Part shown: positions 13,510 through 26,224 of the stretch, piece after piece
Layout: each line of letters starts with the position of its first letter
How positions within the stretch are numbered: the stretch's first letter is position 1
DNA from: Podarcis cretensis
Lineage: Eukaryota
DNA: 64,000 nt
Assembly: GCA_951804945.1 (NCBI GenBank)
Contig: OX638151.1
Location: 79,980,001 to 80,044,000 of the forward strand
Direction: 5' to 3'
The notes under the pieces: generated by a model
Told to the model about the DNA's origin: nothing
The model's input: only the letters and a program-made list of their open reading frames with translations
The model's database searches: none
Program-made: the position numbers and the translations under genes

Positions 13510-13788
13510 TCAAAGAAGATTGGACTTAGGCAGGAAAGAGGAGCTATTGATCATTGTCTTGTGCTTGATCATTTGATCCCTAAATATGCCTCTGGCTCTA
13601 AAAAGTTTTTATTCTCAGCTCTTGTTGACTTATCGCCGGCTTTTGATTCTGTATATCATGATCAGTTATGGGCAAAGTGGCAATCTAACATTGACAGGTG
13701 TCTCCTGATTCATATTAGGGGCTTGTACAAGACGGGTCCCAATGCTCAACTTACAAAGGAGATTTCTGTTACAAGAGGTGTTTGCTAA
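13510..13788 (+). mobile_element. Non-LTR retrotransposon RT fragment (RTE/RTE-X-like)
   Basis: GLRQERGAIDHCLVLDHLIPKY...LFSALVDLSPAFDSVYHDQLWAK...ISVTRGV matches LINE RT motifs GFR..RSTIDH, FIDL.KAFDSV and GVRQG; truncated. Confidence 0.85.
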
Positions 13789-15737
13789 TTGTCTACTTGG
13801 TTTCTAGATAACAACGCTATTGAGGCACTCCTGGACAATACAAATTGGGCAGAGATAATCCTGGATGAAAGACAATTTTGTTATGAATGTAAGGAATCAT
13901 GTAGCTGAAATCCAAATCAGAGCGTTTCACATGCAGGAAAGGAGTCACTCATATATCCTCAGTGGTTCCAACTAGAGATGTCCCATTTAGGCACACATTT
14001 TTTTCCACTGTTTTTTCCATTCTATTTCATTTGCACACCAATCAGCTGCTTTAAAAAACTGCACTTATAAACCTATGTATGTTTGATATCTGCAAGTGTA
14101 ATTCTTTAAATATATGCGTTTTCATGCACTGTAATGCATTTTGTGCATTTTTGAGGCAAGAATCACATACAGTGTACACCAGTAGGATATTCAATAGATT
14201 ATTGTGCTGTATTCCACACATTCATTCAGTGGGAGGGTACTGACTTCCTATGTTAGCAGAGATTTCTGAAATAATCGAATCACAATCTCATCACTTCTCT
14301 GTTCTGCAATAAATGATAATCCATGGGGGGGGGGGGAGAGAGAGAGAAAAGAATTAAAAAACTCCACTATGCCATCCAAAACTTTTTGGAGAGGTAAAGC
14401 AGACCCTGGGGAATCAGTTGCAGCTAATGAACCATGATGTGGAGATGTCTTATATCTATTCTGCATATTTATATTTAAGAAGTAAATTCTGTAGAAATTC
14501 AGATTTATTTTATTTTATTATTTGTAATGGGCTGATCCAACACCTGATAGTCTTATGGATCAGCACATAATTCCTAGTCAGATTATTCAGTAGATGCTGC
14601 AATGATTTTTTGTGCAAAAACAACTGTACCAAAAATGTGTATTACATTAAAGACACATAAATATGTATTTTACTGGTGAGTGAATTGAAAAATGTGCATG
14701 GTATGTAAAACGTGTGTGTGTTATATTGAAAGTGTGCACAAAATGCATACAACAAGATGGAATGGGACAGAACGGAATGCAAAGGGATGGACCAGGATGC
14801 AATAACAGAAGAAGGTGGAAGAGACATTTGACTAAGTTTCTGAAATACTGAAATGAGATGGAATTAGCTGCTCCACCCATCCCTATTGATATTGCACAAT
14901 TAAAGAGGAGGTAGATAAGTTAAGGAAAATTCAATGGAAGCCAAAGTGCATTTTAAGGAGACTGCAGCTGTCACCCCCATCTCAGTAGTGTTTTTACTTG
15001 CTCAGATGACATTCTCTGCTTTATTGCAAAAAAAAATACCCAAATCATCCAGTTGCCCCACAATCTGTTTTTTATATTACAACCCATATCATATACAAAA
15101 ACCAGACTGTCACACCACACAGGTGGAAAGGTGAGTCTAAAGACTAGTGAACGTTGGGATTACCAACAATAATGAAATCACATAAACATCTGTGCCAGCG
15201 GTTTCTGCTGATGAAGTGTGAACATTTAGGAGGGGTGCCGCCAGCTGCCTTCAGACAGGCTGCAGCACAGAAATTACTAAAGGCATTCAGTTTGCACGTC
15301 TTTGAAGACACGAGGGTAGTACGTCCTGCTAAGTGCAAATGCATTGCTTTGCTTTGAGTGAAAGCTTCGGAGGGCTGTGATAAAGCATTAAAATCAAAGG
15401 GGTGGAAATGATATCAAGATCCTGGTAGACTGAAAAAAATCAATGGACTAATAAGAGGCATCATCTGTGTATATGAAGCCAGGGTGCACACCTCAAAGCA
15501 CCTTGAAGGCCACTTCCATGTTTGTTTGTTTGTTTGTTTGTTTGTTTTGCAAAAGGGCTGCATCACAATAGCTTTTTTATTACCATTTTAACTCAGTGTT
15601 TATATGCAACCTGTTCTCTGTTAACCTGCTTTTCTCTTTGTGCCCCACAGAAGTCTTCTCCTCTCTTTCTGAACTGTTATTGGTCTCACATAACCCTTTC
15701 TCTATTAGCCTTCTTTCCATATGCCTTTCCACAATGG

Positions 15738-15843
15738 CAGGGGGAGCCTGGGGTTGATTGCTGGACTACAATTCCTATGAATCCCAGCCAGCATGGTCAG
15801 GGATGACAGCAGCATCTGGAGGGTCAAGCGTCAACCATCACTG
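15738..15843. mobile_element. Short hAT-type MITE (GGACTACAA..CCC family)
   Basis: CAGGGG...GCTGGACTACAATTCCTATGAATCCCAGCC...CATCTGGAGGG...CACTG, typical of a common squamate MITE. Confidence 0.6.
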
Positions 15844-15939
15844 ATAGAAGACTCTTTTCCCTCTCTGCATACTAGAGAATACTGCGCACTATAGCTCATG
15901 TTCTTCTTTCTCTCTTTGTTCCACCCTTTGCCACTGGAG

Positions 15940-16214
15940 TTTAACTGTGGAACTTGCTCCCACAGAAGGCAGTGATGACCACCAACTTGGACTGCTTGAA
16001 AAGAAGACTAGACAAATCCATGTAGGAGAGGCCTATGGATGCCTACTAGTCATGCTGGCTATGCTCTGTCTCCACAGTCGGAGGCAGAAATGCTTCTGAA
16101 TACCAGTTGCTGAAAACTACAGGAGGAGAGAGCACTCTTATGCTTGATTCCTGCTTGCTGGTTGGCCATTGTAAGAACAGGATGCTGGACATTGGCCTGA
16201 TCCTGCAGGTTCTT
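15940..16214 (+). mobile_element. CR1 LINE 3' end
   Basis: TGGAACTTGCTCCCACAG...ACTAGACAAATCCATG...GAACAGGATGCTGGAC...GGCCTGATCC; same family type as 4924-5565. Confidence 0.8.
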
Positions 16215-16353
16215 GCCGTGTACTACTGTACCTATATTCTATCTATACAATTAGACTGATCAGAACTCATAAGGATTGAAACTTACACAGGATCCTAAGC
16301 AGGCTGCTAAGTCGGACAGAACTGCTAAACTAGTTTCTCAGTAGGAAACTGGA

Positions 16354-16488
16354 CATGGGCGTAGCATTGAAAGTAATCAATTATCTGAGGTTCTGCCCCA
16401 CCACCACCACCACAGAAGCCCACAATGTTGATTTCCTTTTAAAAAGCTCAAAAACTTTGGCTGCCCTCTCCCCCTGGCTACACCCATG
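16354..16488. mobile_element. hAT MITE
   Basis: TIR CATGGGCGTAGC / GCTACACCCATG; degenerate 8-bp TSD AAACTGGA / AAACAGGC. Confidence 0.75.
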
Positions 16489-17867
16489 AAACAGGCATGA
16501 TCTAACTGCACCAGCAGGACCATTGGATTGGCTCCATTGGTGCCTTTGCACTTTTCCAACCTTCCTGTGGCCTCCCCTCTGGTGAGCATCAGCAATCCAC
16601 CTGCCAAGAATCTAGCTTCACCGCAAGTCACTTGAGATGTTGGTACAATGTAGAACAGTCATGCTTTGGTATGGGTAGGTTTCACTGAGTCCTCTGATTT
16701 CTTCAGGCTCAGGAACTTGACAGAGGTGCCTGGGTTTTGTTTGTCAGATATTACATTTACTTGGGAAACAAGTTCCATTCACTTCCATTTGTCCCTCTTT
16801 AAAATTCTCACCCGTGTCCCAACTTTGAACAAAGAAGCAGCTAGATGACATTTCCCATTTAAGTCTCACTTCTCCCAAGTCGCTTTTCTTTTCCCCTTCT
16901 TTTTTTGTAGGGTTATGCAATTTTTAGTTTGTGAGAACATCCGAACAGGAAGCAAAATGAAATGTTTCTATCTGAATCTCCTTTGTCCTCCCCACACAAT
17001 GCCTGCAAAGTCCACCTGCTGGAGGTTGGGTGGCTTATAGAAAGAGATGTCATGGTAATTTGGAAAAATGCTAAATGCGGGAAAGAGACTTTTGCTGCCC
17101 CCGAGCTTACCATACCAGTTTGTCTAGCTCATTACATGCCAAAACATTTGATTGATGTACTCCCTTCAGTCACGGGTAATTTTAACTCATATATTTAAAT
17201 AGCTCTTGCTTCTACTCTATTATAATTCATTGTATGGGGCAAATCAGAGCTCAGACTTGGCCCACACTGGGTTGACCTGGACACCAGAGTGAGCCTTTGT
17301 TTTGTGTTGTGTAGGAGGCAAGCCAATATTTCAAAATCCTCTCGCTTACAGAGTCTCTCCTTGTCTTAATTGTAGAGATCTATCCATATGATAAGTAGCT
17401 CTTTATTGCAACTGATTGTAGCTTTTCAAGTCGTTCAGAGAAGTTCAGAAATGCAGTTAAAAGCTTCCTAGATAACACTTGCCTTTGAAATGTGGGAGTT
17501 TGCCATGAATTAATAACGTGAAAAAGAAGTTGTGCTCTTTTTCTGTTAGCAGCTACAGACATATTAATCAATATTCTTGACCTCCTTGTCATTTGAGTCC
17601 AAAATTGCCACACCAATGTTGTAGAATTGTGGAACAATTTGGAGCTACTTAATACCTATTTAGCTATGGGGAGAGAGAGCCCACATACAGACCCTGCCCC
17701 TGTGTCTTGCCACTGCCACTATCCCAGAAGTCATTGTAAGGGGAGCTTGTCTGTAAAGGGGATACATGCTCAGAGTGCATATGTTCTCCCCACAAATGGG
17801 AACCCAACAAAATCAGGATTCCCAGTTATAGGGAGCACCTATACACATGCAACAGGCAGTTGTTTAA

Positions 17868-18095
17868 GTATTTATTTATTGCAGGTATATCCCACCCTAC
17901 CTACTAAAGGAGTCCAGGGCAGCAAATAACAAGTAATAAAACAATTTAAAAATCTTTTAAAAACTATTCAAAATTTTTCCAATACAGATGCAAACTGGGG
18001 AAGTTTTCAACTTAAAAGGTTTGTTAAATAAGGAAGGTCTCCAGTAGGAATTGTAAAGATGACAGAAATGGCACCTGTTTAATATTTGAGGGGAG
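17868..18095 (-). mobile_element. L2 LINE 3' end
   Basis: (TTTA)n tail then ATATCCCACCCT...CCAGGGCAGC, A-rich 3'UTR complement and AAGGTCTCCAGTAGG...GGCACCTG. Confidence 0.6.
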
Positions 18096-18164
18096 ATTTT
18101 ACAGGCTAGCAACTGGTACATGAACCAGCATGAGGTTGGGCCAACAGTAGACCCAACAGCAAGC

Positions 18165-18254
18165 TTCTCTCTTTCTCTTTCTCTTTCTCTTTCTCTTTCT
18201 CTTTCTCTTTCTCTTCCTCTTTCTCTTTCTCTTTCTCTTCCTCTTTCTCTTTCT
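18165..18254. repeat. (TTTCTC)n polypyrimidine microsatellite
   Basis: Directly visible. Confidence 0.95.
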
Positions 18255-18699
18255 GCAGCCCTGCTGCCTCTGTTTCCCCTATCCAGCTTTTAATCAGGTG
18301 AAATGATTATTCACCTTAAAATTCCCATACGCAAATGGACAGAGAAACCCCAGTGCACTGCTAAACCAGAAAAACTCTGGAGTTTCAAGACCATATGGGT
18401 GGTATCCAACTAAACAAATTTGCAAGTGGAACAACTGCCACCTGCACAATGGGAACCTTTAGTTATTTGTTAGCTGTTAGAGAAAAACTGGGGACTGAAA
18501 CCTGACTGATATAGCATCTTCTAAAGGTGTCTGTGGACCAATGCATCCATTGGCGATATCAGAATCTGCAGCCTTGTTTCTTGGGATCACACAAACTCAA
18601 TGTGCCTAAGGAATAATGTGTGTATAAGCATAATGTGTGTATAAGCATATGTGACATCTTCAACACCTTAAATGGTTTTGGGTTATTCTTTTACTTGAA

Positions 18700-19251
18700 T
18701 ACTGACTGGAGGCAGAGGAGTGGTGGGAGGCACCAGCTTGGTGGTGGGATGACGATGAGTGGTCAGAGGGTGAAGTGGGAACAGACTGGGAGGAGGAGGT
18801 GTTGGGACCTGAAGAGGCAACCGGTTTTTAGTGAGCAGGAAGAGGCTGAGGCAGAAAGCAGTACAAATTCGAAGGCAGGAGGGGAGGGGAGCCAGGACAC
18901 AGAGATGAGGAAGGCTGCTGAGGAAGCCAGGGAGTCTCCCCCTCCTGCAGTGACCAGCTCCCCTCTTTCCCAGTCTCCCAGTGAAAAGGAACACAAAGGG
19001 GAATGAAAAGGGTGGAGCAAAAAAAGAGAAGATGAAGGATCCTCAGGTTGCTGGGGAAGGACCCAGGGGAACAGGAGCCTTAGAAAGTGGCGAGAAGGTG
19101 GGGGCCTTTAATTCTCGCAGCTGCCTCATTGGAACAAGACATACGGGGAAGAGTTGCTATGATCACTAGGCGTAAGCTGTTTTGTTTCTTTGAATAAAGA
19201 GATAACTTCACCAAAAGTTATTGTAAAGTATTGCTGACTCCCGTCTTGACA
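18700..19251 (+). mobile_element. LTR-like element (probable solo LTR, 5' end eroded)
   Basis: Purine-rich body, TATA-like TTTAA at about 19107, AATAAA at 19193 and terminal TGACA at 19247-19251; no primer-binding site downstream. Confidence 0.6.
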
Positions 19252-22200
19252 GAAAATTATCGGAACGGCTGAAGTCCAATCGTGTGGGATCCGCCATTTC
19301 CCACCGCCGGAAACAGGAAGCTCCTTATTATTATTATTTTTAAAAGAATATATTGTAGCCTTTTGTTGTCACTGATGGTAGGGTATCCTAGCTGATGCCC
19401 TAGGAAACATGTGACACAACCACAGGACACACACGTTTTAATCCCCCTTCGAAAAGTGCGCCTCCAGTTTACTCTATATAAAAAAGAATATTTTCACCTA
19501 AGCTTCATTTTTCATTAGTAGCAATTCCAAAGAACAGTGGGGGCTTCCCTTTGCCCAGTTGTGATCTCCGGGAGCTGTGTTGTGAGTCAGGTGTATCTTT
19601 CTTTTGACCTACTTTGGATTCCATCGTTGTCTTTATTAGGAATGCAGAGCTGTTTTTAAAGGTCTGCCGTCATTAATGCAAATGCAGCTTGAAGCCCGCT
19701 TTCTTCCATTAGTGCTTTCCTTCAGGAAAGGGATGTGTGTCACCCTCCTCCCAATCTTAAACATAATGTGATTCAAAAACACCAAGCAACGGATGTACAT
19801 AAAATGCCTGACAATAGGCTAGAATTGCATGTCATACATAAAACCCTAGAAGACGGAGCTGCTGCTTTTGCCCTGGCTATGTCACATTAGTGTTATTTTA
19901 TTACCATTACTTAATACTTTTTTATGCTACTAAACATATGTGAAATTTCATGCAAGTACCATATTTTGTGGCCATCATTCTGTTTATAGTGAATTATTAC
20001 ACACTCAAAAGCTGCTTCAGACTTTACAGGGCAGTTGGAGTTGCCATGATTGCCATCTTTGTCGCACTTGGTGCCTGTTGGGATAAAGTATGAAAGGGAA
20101 ATGTGTTTTCTCTAAACAAGCTATGGACATGCACCAGAGAGCCAAATGCGACTCTCCAGCTATGTCCACTGCATGTCCCAGAGTGTCTGGAGATACATAT
20201 CTCCATTAGATCGCCACAAACAGCCAGTGGGATAGCAATGCAAACTCAACTGCGTCCAAAATGATCTCTCGCAAACACATAAAAATTGTAAGCACTGGAA
20301 CTCTGAAACTGCTCTGAGTACATAACCCAGAATTCTGATGTCCTAGGGAGCCATGTAATTTAGCATTTTTATTTTACTTGTATTTTGTAGGGAGGGGGTG
20401 CAGTGGCCAGAATATTCAGGTTGTAGCTGTAGCTTTTGGAAGCAACTAGATCTGTTTCAGCACTATTCCGTGTCTTTTGAATTCAGCTCATTATTCAGAA
20501 TGGAATTAGTTCTGTACTCCATTCACTATAATGGGAAGCATAAAAATAACTATAACCCCTCCACACACACTTTTTGCAGAACTAGATGAAATTTTGTAGG
20601 AATTTCAATGTCAAGAGTAGATTGGGCCTGAATACCATATAAATATACATCAGCAGGTGGTGTTGATGATGTTGGGGGCTCTTAAACAACACAATTTCCT
20701 GGGTTTTTTTAAATAATCGTTGGTTTTTATTTTCAGTTACAACAAGCAAGTACAAACAATGAAAAATATATTTTACAAAAATGTAATAAAATAGTGTAAA
20801 CCTTCAAGGAAAACACTGTACCAACTGAAAACTAATGTTTTGGGAGTGATTTTCTAATCCCAGTAAGAGACCTGCATGAAAGCTGTTCTTGATGAGAGAA
20901 CTGACTTCAGGTGACATTATACAATTCATGCAAACCTACTGACACTTTCTAGATGCTTCCCTGACCATGTGTCTATTTTAAAAAAATGAGGGGGTGTTTT
21001 ACTATCTGAAACCACTAATATTGGCTGAGGTAATAAACACATCTCAATGGAAACTTCAAAGCATTTCTGGGGTATTTTATGTCGAATGTGTGTGGATTTT
21101 TTTTCTCCTAGAAGGAAAATGGTTAATGGCAACCGGCAAAGGTTGCCAGAAGCAAAAGGTACAGGGCTGCAATTTTCTACTTCAGGCTCATTTTTTAAAA
21201 AAGGGGGGGGACCTAGATGTGTGCATAGCATCATTCCAAAACAGTTAATATTGTTTTACACAATGAGGTCCTATGAAAAAGGTGTTGATCTGAAGGACAA
21301 TATCAAGTGTCCTGTCTTACCAGATAGTTCCTTAAAGGACTATACTGAATGCCATTGGAAAGGATTTTTTAAAAGCATTGCTAGGAATATTTGGATTAAA
21401 TCATCAAGTATTATTCTTGTTGTTTGCTGGCATCTCGAGCCAATGCATAAAACTGTTTTTCAAGCAACAAATAAGTTCTTCCCAAGGTTAGCAGCTACAC
21501 ACTGTAGCTGGTTAATTAAGCCATCATGTGCAAAGAATGCTGTAGTAAGCATTCAATTAGGGCACCTCTTGACAGAGCTCTCCTCTCTGTTCTCCTCAAT
21601 TTACTCCGCTTGCCTCCTTATTATGGTAGAGAAAATAACGGGGGAAATAACGTGTGAAAACCACATCAGGTCTGACAGTCTCCTCTGAGTGCAGCACAGT
21701 TTGGCATTTATTTCCTTTGTTTAAAAAGAACAACTGGATACATCCCACACAATTCCTCCTGTAGCAGCCCACATCATTTGCCTTCCTGGCTTCTTTGAAG
21801 ATTACAGGCAAAGTTTCAATCACGCTGGATGCAAGCTTTGCAAAATATTTGACAGGCAGAGAAAGATATCCTGTGTGGAAAGCTTGTCACCACGGTTTCT
21901 AATCTTCCAGTGCCCGATATTAAATATTTACTATGCACAGGTTATCTAAAAAGGTTCCAAATAGGTTTACTGTAATTAGTGATTGTGTATTTGTTTAATA
22001 TCGGGCTCTCAAGCTGTCCATTTCTTGAGAAGAAAACACTTTCCTTTTGAGAAATGTGTGAAGGTGCCGTCAATTTTAGAACAGAACATTTTGATAGGGG
22101 TATTTTCAAATTTAGTTTTATGCCCCCAAAATTTCAGAGGGTTTACCTCAAGTGCCATCCAGTTACAAGTCAAGCATAGGTATGCATTTTCAGCATTCAA

Positions 22201-22894
22201 AATGGGATGATGCCAGGCAGATCATGAAATTTTGCTGGTGACATGCTGCTTCAATGGATTTTAAAAGAACATTCGTATGTCAGAAATAGACATAAAAGTT
22301 TAACATTTTAACTTGACAATAGAGGCCCCTGATCTCAGAATTGTTTCAAATATCATGTACACCCATGCACACAGTTATGCTTTTCTGAGCAACTGAACTG
22401 ACTCCTTTCCCCACACCCTGCCTGTCCACATCTCCCATGATAACAAATCACGTTTCTCTCTTTCCACTTACAAAAGTCTGCAGAATACACACATCTAGCT
22501 AAGTTGCCAGCACTCATGGGCTAAGAAGAGCTTTAAAATGTGATATTGAGAAAGATGGTTGAGAGTGAGAAACTGCAGGAAAAGGGCAAGCTGGTGAAAG
22601 ACTGGAAGCAATGCAAGCTACTATAGTGAATCCCAATGAGCCCGGGCAATTAATAGCTTGATTTTAATTTTTTGCGTTTTAGCAATAGTTATTATGCTTC
22701 CTGAATCATCATGCTTTTTATGGGTTTTTTTTTTTTGTAGCATTAATTAGTTGCTTTTTCAGTTAACTTTGATTTCATGTATTCAGACCTTCAAAGGAAA
22801 TTGGTGGAGAGAACAATGATATATACGCAGTTTTTCATTCTGTGAGGCTCTAGTCTAAGCAATTCTTGCCCCATAGTTGCAAGTTGTTTTTAAA

Positions 22895-23043
22895 TCAGTG
22901 GCAGAACACTTGTTTTGCCTGCAAAAGGTCCCAAGGTCAATCACTAGCATATCCAGGTAGGACTTGGGAGTGAAGTGAGGAAGAGACCTGTCTGAAAGTC
23001 AAGAGAGCTGTTATCAATAAATGTAGAGACCACTGAGTTAGAT
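22895..23043 (+). mobile_element. tRNA-derived SINE (Squam3-like)
   Basis: TCAGTGGCAGAAC (A box)...AAGGTCCCAAGGTCAATC (B box)...CCTGTCTGAAA...GAGAGCTG...CTGAGTTAGAT. Confidence 0.7.
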
Positions 23044-23348
23044 ATATTATTAGCTCTTATTCAAACATACAGCAGTGTTGACTCTGAACGTGAAAGATCG
23101 CCCAGTGTCAGGCAGTTCAAAGTGTGGTCTTTGACAATTTGCCATCTTTTTGTGAATATTACTATTACTTGTAGTCTGTATTATCAATCATTTAATATTT
23201 CATTTAAACCATAGGTCATATCAAGGCAGGAAAACGTGAGCGCAATATTCAATATGGTTTGTCCCCCCACAAAAAAAGATTCATATACAAAATATATACT
23301 ACAAAAGTCAATTATTGAAAGGACCACAACTAAAGAGTTTGCATTGTG

Positions 23349-23350
<2 letters not shown>

Positions 23351-23380
<30 letters not shown>
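23351..23380. repeat. (TTA)n microsatellite
   Basis: Directly visible. Confidence 0.9.
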
Positions 23381-23382
<2 letters not shown>

Positions 23383-24357
23383 CATAAAATAATTTTTTAA
23401 GGTGCACCTTTTGTTATTCTTGTAAATTTAAGATATTAGTATATAACTTGAGTATGTGAATTGGCACTGCAAAATTACATTTTAGTTTTTCTTTCATTAC
23501 TGCCTGACTCCTCTGAGCACACTGAAGATCACAAAAATCTCTCGCCCATCTTTAAAAAGGAGCGTGCTCTTCTGAACGACCTACGTTAAAAGACACTCTT
23601 TCACACGGTACCTAGTTCACCATTTCTGACATCATATAAATGTTAAATAGCAGTAACACTGTGCGACTGCAAAAATAAAAGATTTCTGTCCAGTGCTGAC
23701 TTGTATACATTTCACACCTGAAGTGAAAAATCAAAACGACACTCTGCTCTGGACCGAATATCTTTCCTTTCTTTTTTTAAAATGGAGATCAGAGGCAGTA
23801 AAATGCTTCCCCTCTGGAATTGACTGTCTGAAGCGGACTATTTCACACCGCTCGCTTCATGGTAAGGCCAGTCCTGCTTTTGTCTCTTAATTTTCATTGA
23901 GCTTGGATTTCCTTTTTTTTTTTTTTAATATAGATAGCTATTTTCCCCTCCAAAAAAAAAAAAAAAGTTTTCATATTTCAGCTTCAAATAGAATTGCCTA
24001 TATATGATGCATTGCACCTGAGAAACACAGCAGCTCCTTAACCTCCTGACAATAGCGAAGATGATTGGGCAGAGTTTGTCTCGGGTTTTGACCTCACTCT
24101 AACCCTTCTCCTTCCAAATCCCCATCTTATCTCATTGTCCTTACTGGAATTTCTCATTGAAATGATCCGGGAACAGGATGTCACATCCTGGTGGCTGTCG
24201 TGCTGAATAAATGCAGCTGCAGCAGCTGTGCAATAACATAACAAAGTATAGTGATTAAAACGGGCAGCTTAGGAAGCTTACATTTTGTGAGATGTTCTCC
24301 AATGGAAACAGGAGAGAAAATCCAATAATTAAATTCTATTCTCAACTATGTTATTTG

Positions 24358-24359
<2 letters not shown>

Positions 24360-24389
<30 letters not shown>
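24360..24389. repeat. (GT)n microsatellite
   Basis: Directly visible. Confidence 0.95.
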
Positions 24390-24390
<1 letters not shown>

Positions 24391-25819
24391 ACCGTCATAG
24401 AATTATTCCCATTCATCGATTATTCATGCCTGCAAAATACTTCAGGTCAAATGGCTTCCTTGACACCACATATCTGGGGCAAGGGGAGAGAAGTTTTTCA
24501 AAAATAACTGTAAGCTACCAATTGTGTTGAATGCTCACATCAGTGTTGCAGAGGGAATTACTAGCTCATCTAAGAAAATTTAGCAACTGTAGTCCCATCA
24601 TTTGAAAGCATAATACCTCATCTTTGAGAAGCCCTTACATTCACTTTTTCTCTGTGATATAAATAAGACATAACAGCATTGAGCTTGTCCTTTCCTGTAA
24701 GAAACTCTGAATAAATAGCTTTTTTTTCATAGTAACTGGAGAAGAAAAGTTCATTCCTTCATCCCCTCCAACTCTGTTCCATTTGTCTTTGAAGTTTACT
24801 TTCTGCCTTTAATTACCTTTGATGGAGTGGTAGGAATCTTTCCCCAGAACACTTTATATACTTAGGCTGATATATCATAAGTGAGAAATCTTCCGCTTGA
24901 AGCAGCACTTTAAACTGTACGGACACATCACAGTGACATACACTCAATAATAATGTTTCACAGCTTTTAACTAAGCTGGTAAGAGCTCTCCCCCCCCCCC
25001 AAGAGACAGCTGCCCCCTTCCTGTCCTGCATTGTTCTTTTGCAAATAGACTGACGTCTTTATTTAGGAAGTTAGAAAGAACTGGTTGGAGTCATTGGTGG
25101 TTTCAAGAACTAGCCGTCGAAAGAGGGATAAAGCCTATTCAAGAGATGGATGACAGGTTCTCATTTGGGAATTATACAGAACAATACTTTCCCATATAAA
25201 AATAGTTACTTCAGTAGCCACATTACCCCAAAGACCATCACTTCCCTACTTTAAAAAAATAAAATGAAACAAAGTAAACTGAAATCTATGAGGTCGGCCC
25301 ACAATTCTCTTTGAGACAAATTGAGATTACATTTTCTTCTGCTGCTTAAAATAAAATAAAATAAAGGAAGACAGCTACTACAGGATTATGATTTTTCATG
25401 CAAAATCTCTAAAGGTTTTGTGGGGAAGTATTGTTCATCAACTGACATTTAGAATCACGCTTGCCAGTGTATCTTGCCAGTGTATCTTCTCCCTGGAATT
25501 TGGACAGAAAAATGAATGGGTTCACTGTTGTCACATTAATACCAGCTCCAGTTAGCTGAATGAAAAGACTGCAAAAATTAGTTGTAGCCATTTGTGTATA
25601 GTTTGTATTTTTCATGGCTCACAGTGAATAATTTTTTGGCTCTTGTCATGTTTCACAGACTAATGTACCTAGCAGACGCTGCTCAATCCTGTGAGTCTTG
25701 CACTGGCAATTATGTATGCTAACTCCAGCACATGAATGAATGCCCTTGTAGTATGTCACAAGTTGTAGGGTGGACTAAAGCAATTTCCACCACCGTAGGA
25801 AAAACATCCACATCTCAAT

Positions 25820-25916
25820 CTTGGATCCCCAGTTGTTGTTGGACTACAACTTCCATCATCCCTAGCTAGCAGGGTCAGTGGTGATGGGAGTTGGGGACCT
25901 AAGGTTGAGAAAGGCT
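25820..25916. mobile_element. Short hAT-type MITE fragment
   Basis: GTTGGACTACAACTTCCATCATCCCT...TGATGGGAGTTG...AGGTTGAGAAAGGCT; same family as 15738. Confidence 0.65.
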
Positions 25917-26224
25917 ACCAGAGAGGAACAAACAGAGGGGTATGTGGCAGTGAGCAGAGACAGATTTCACATGCCTGTCTCTGAGGTCCTGTAGCCTTTT
26001 TGGTCCTGTGCCTGTCTTCAAGATCCTGTAGATCTGTCACAATCTAATGTGAATCAGAAATGCTTAAGATACTATACATACAGGAGCAGGCTCAGTTTTC
26101 AATGAAGCCACATAAATTATAAGGGAGAAACTGAACAGAGTAAGGTTGGATTCACTCCTCAAAAAAATATTTGTGCCCCTTGCCTCAAATACATCTTCTA
26201 ACCAGGCAAGTGACCAGTCATTCA

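Noticed and set aside
13559-13570. TTGTGCTTGATC matching the 5' end of miR-218
   Set aside because: Only 12 nt, inside a LINE RT fragment, no hairpin
18613-18646. Short tandem duplications (17 bp here, 13 bp at about 25460, 12 bp at about 28683)
   Set aside because: Ordinary slippage duplications with two copies and no spacers; not CRISPR-like
21047-21688. Longest ORF (213 aa)
   Set aside because: No recognisable domain, composition looks like translated non-coding DNA, and no convincing splice sites; compatible with chance in 64 kb over six frames
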